From Squalus acanthias (taxonomy: Eukaryota), in NCBI GenBank assembly GCA_030390025.1, contig CM059433.1, positions 22,942,001 to 23,006,000 on the forward strand: DNA of 64,000 nucleotides, in the 5' to 3' direction. Under the pieces are notes generated by a model, which ran no database searches, was not told the origin of the DNA, and saw only the letters and a program-made list of their open reading frames with translations. The first letter of the stretch is position 1. Each line of letters opens with the position of its first letter. The position numbers and the translations under genes are program-made. Below, one piece after another: positions 63,631 to 64,000 of this stretch.

Positions 63631-64000
63631 TTTCTTTAATGAGTACAACATGATTGCATATCTGCGCAAATTGTATGCAGTCACCACTAGAAGATCCTGA
63701 TGCCTGCAGCATGGTACAAAAGTCTATGTACTTGTTTTCGTGACAAAATAAGGCACTTGGCACCTCTTTAATGTCGGGGTGTGTGCCAAGCTAGCTGACC
63801 CCTACGATGTCTCCTGTAAGGGACTGGAAGCTCTGTGCCATAAAAGCTGAGGTACACCTGGCGTTCACTGCCACTGGCGGTGTAATGCAGATGGTGGGCT
63901 GTGCGTAGAAGACTTATCAGATGGCAGAGATGGGAAACAGCCAGCCCGCTGAGGCATTCTCCTTCAGAGGCCAAGTTAGCTCATTCTGTTATGGTACAGT

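Overview
Vertebrate, almost certainly cartilaginous-fish (shark-type) genomic DNA, judged from HE1-like V-SINEs, DeuSINE (SacSINE1-like) SINEs and HER1/CR1 LINEs. I could not support any host protein-coding exon: the window reads as intronic or intergenic DNA dominated by transposable elements. It holds many CR1 fragments (one near full-length, 16745-22228), L2, RTE and Vingi-like LINE ends, a 5'-truncated Penelope-like (Neptune-type) element with an uninterrupted RT-GIY-YIG frame (43622-45877), and several PIF/Harbinger elements. One Harbinger copy is structurally complete (49968-56010: transposase plus a convergent three-exon Myb/SANT gene), and there are many GC-rich MITE derivatives. The most striking signal is RNA-structural. 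Two families of minimal hammerhead ribozyme motifs are present. One sits inside three short non-coding fold-back insertions (7295-7442, 51441-52217, 63455-63630), each with an 11-12 bp target-site duplication and an asymmetric ~35-nt tail; in the two short copies one arm begins at the predicted self-cleavage site. All coordinates were counted by eye, and element boundaries are approximate unless a TSD or TIR is quoted.
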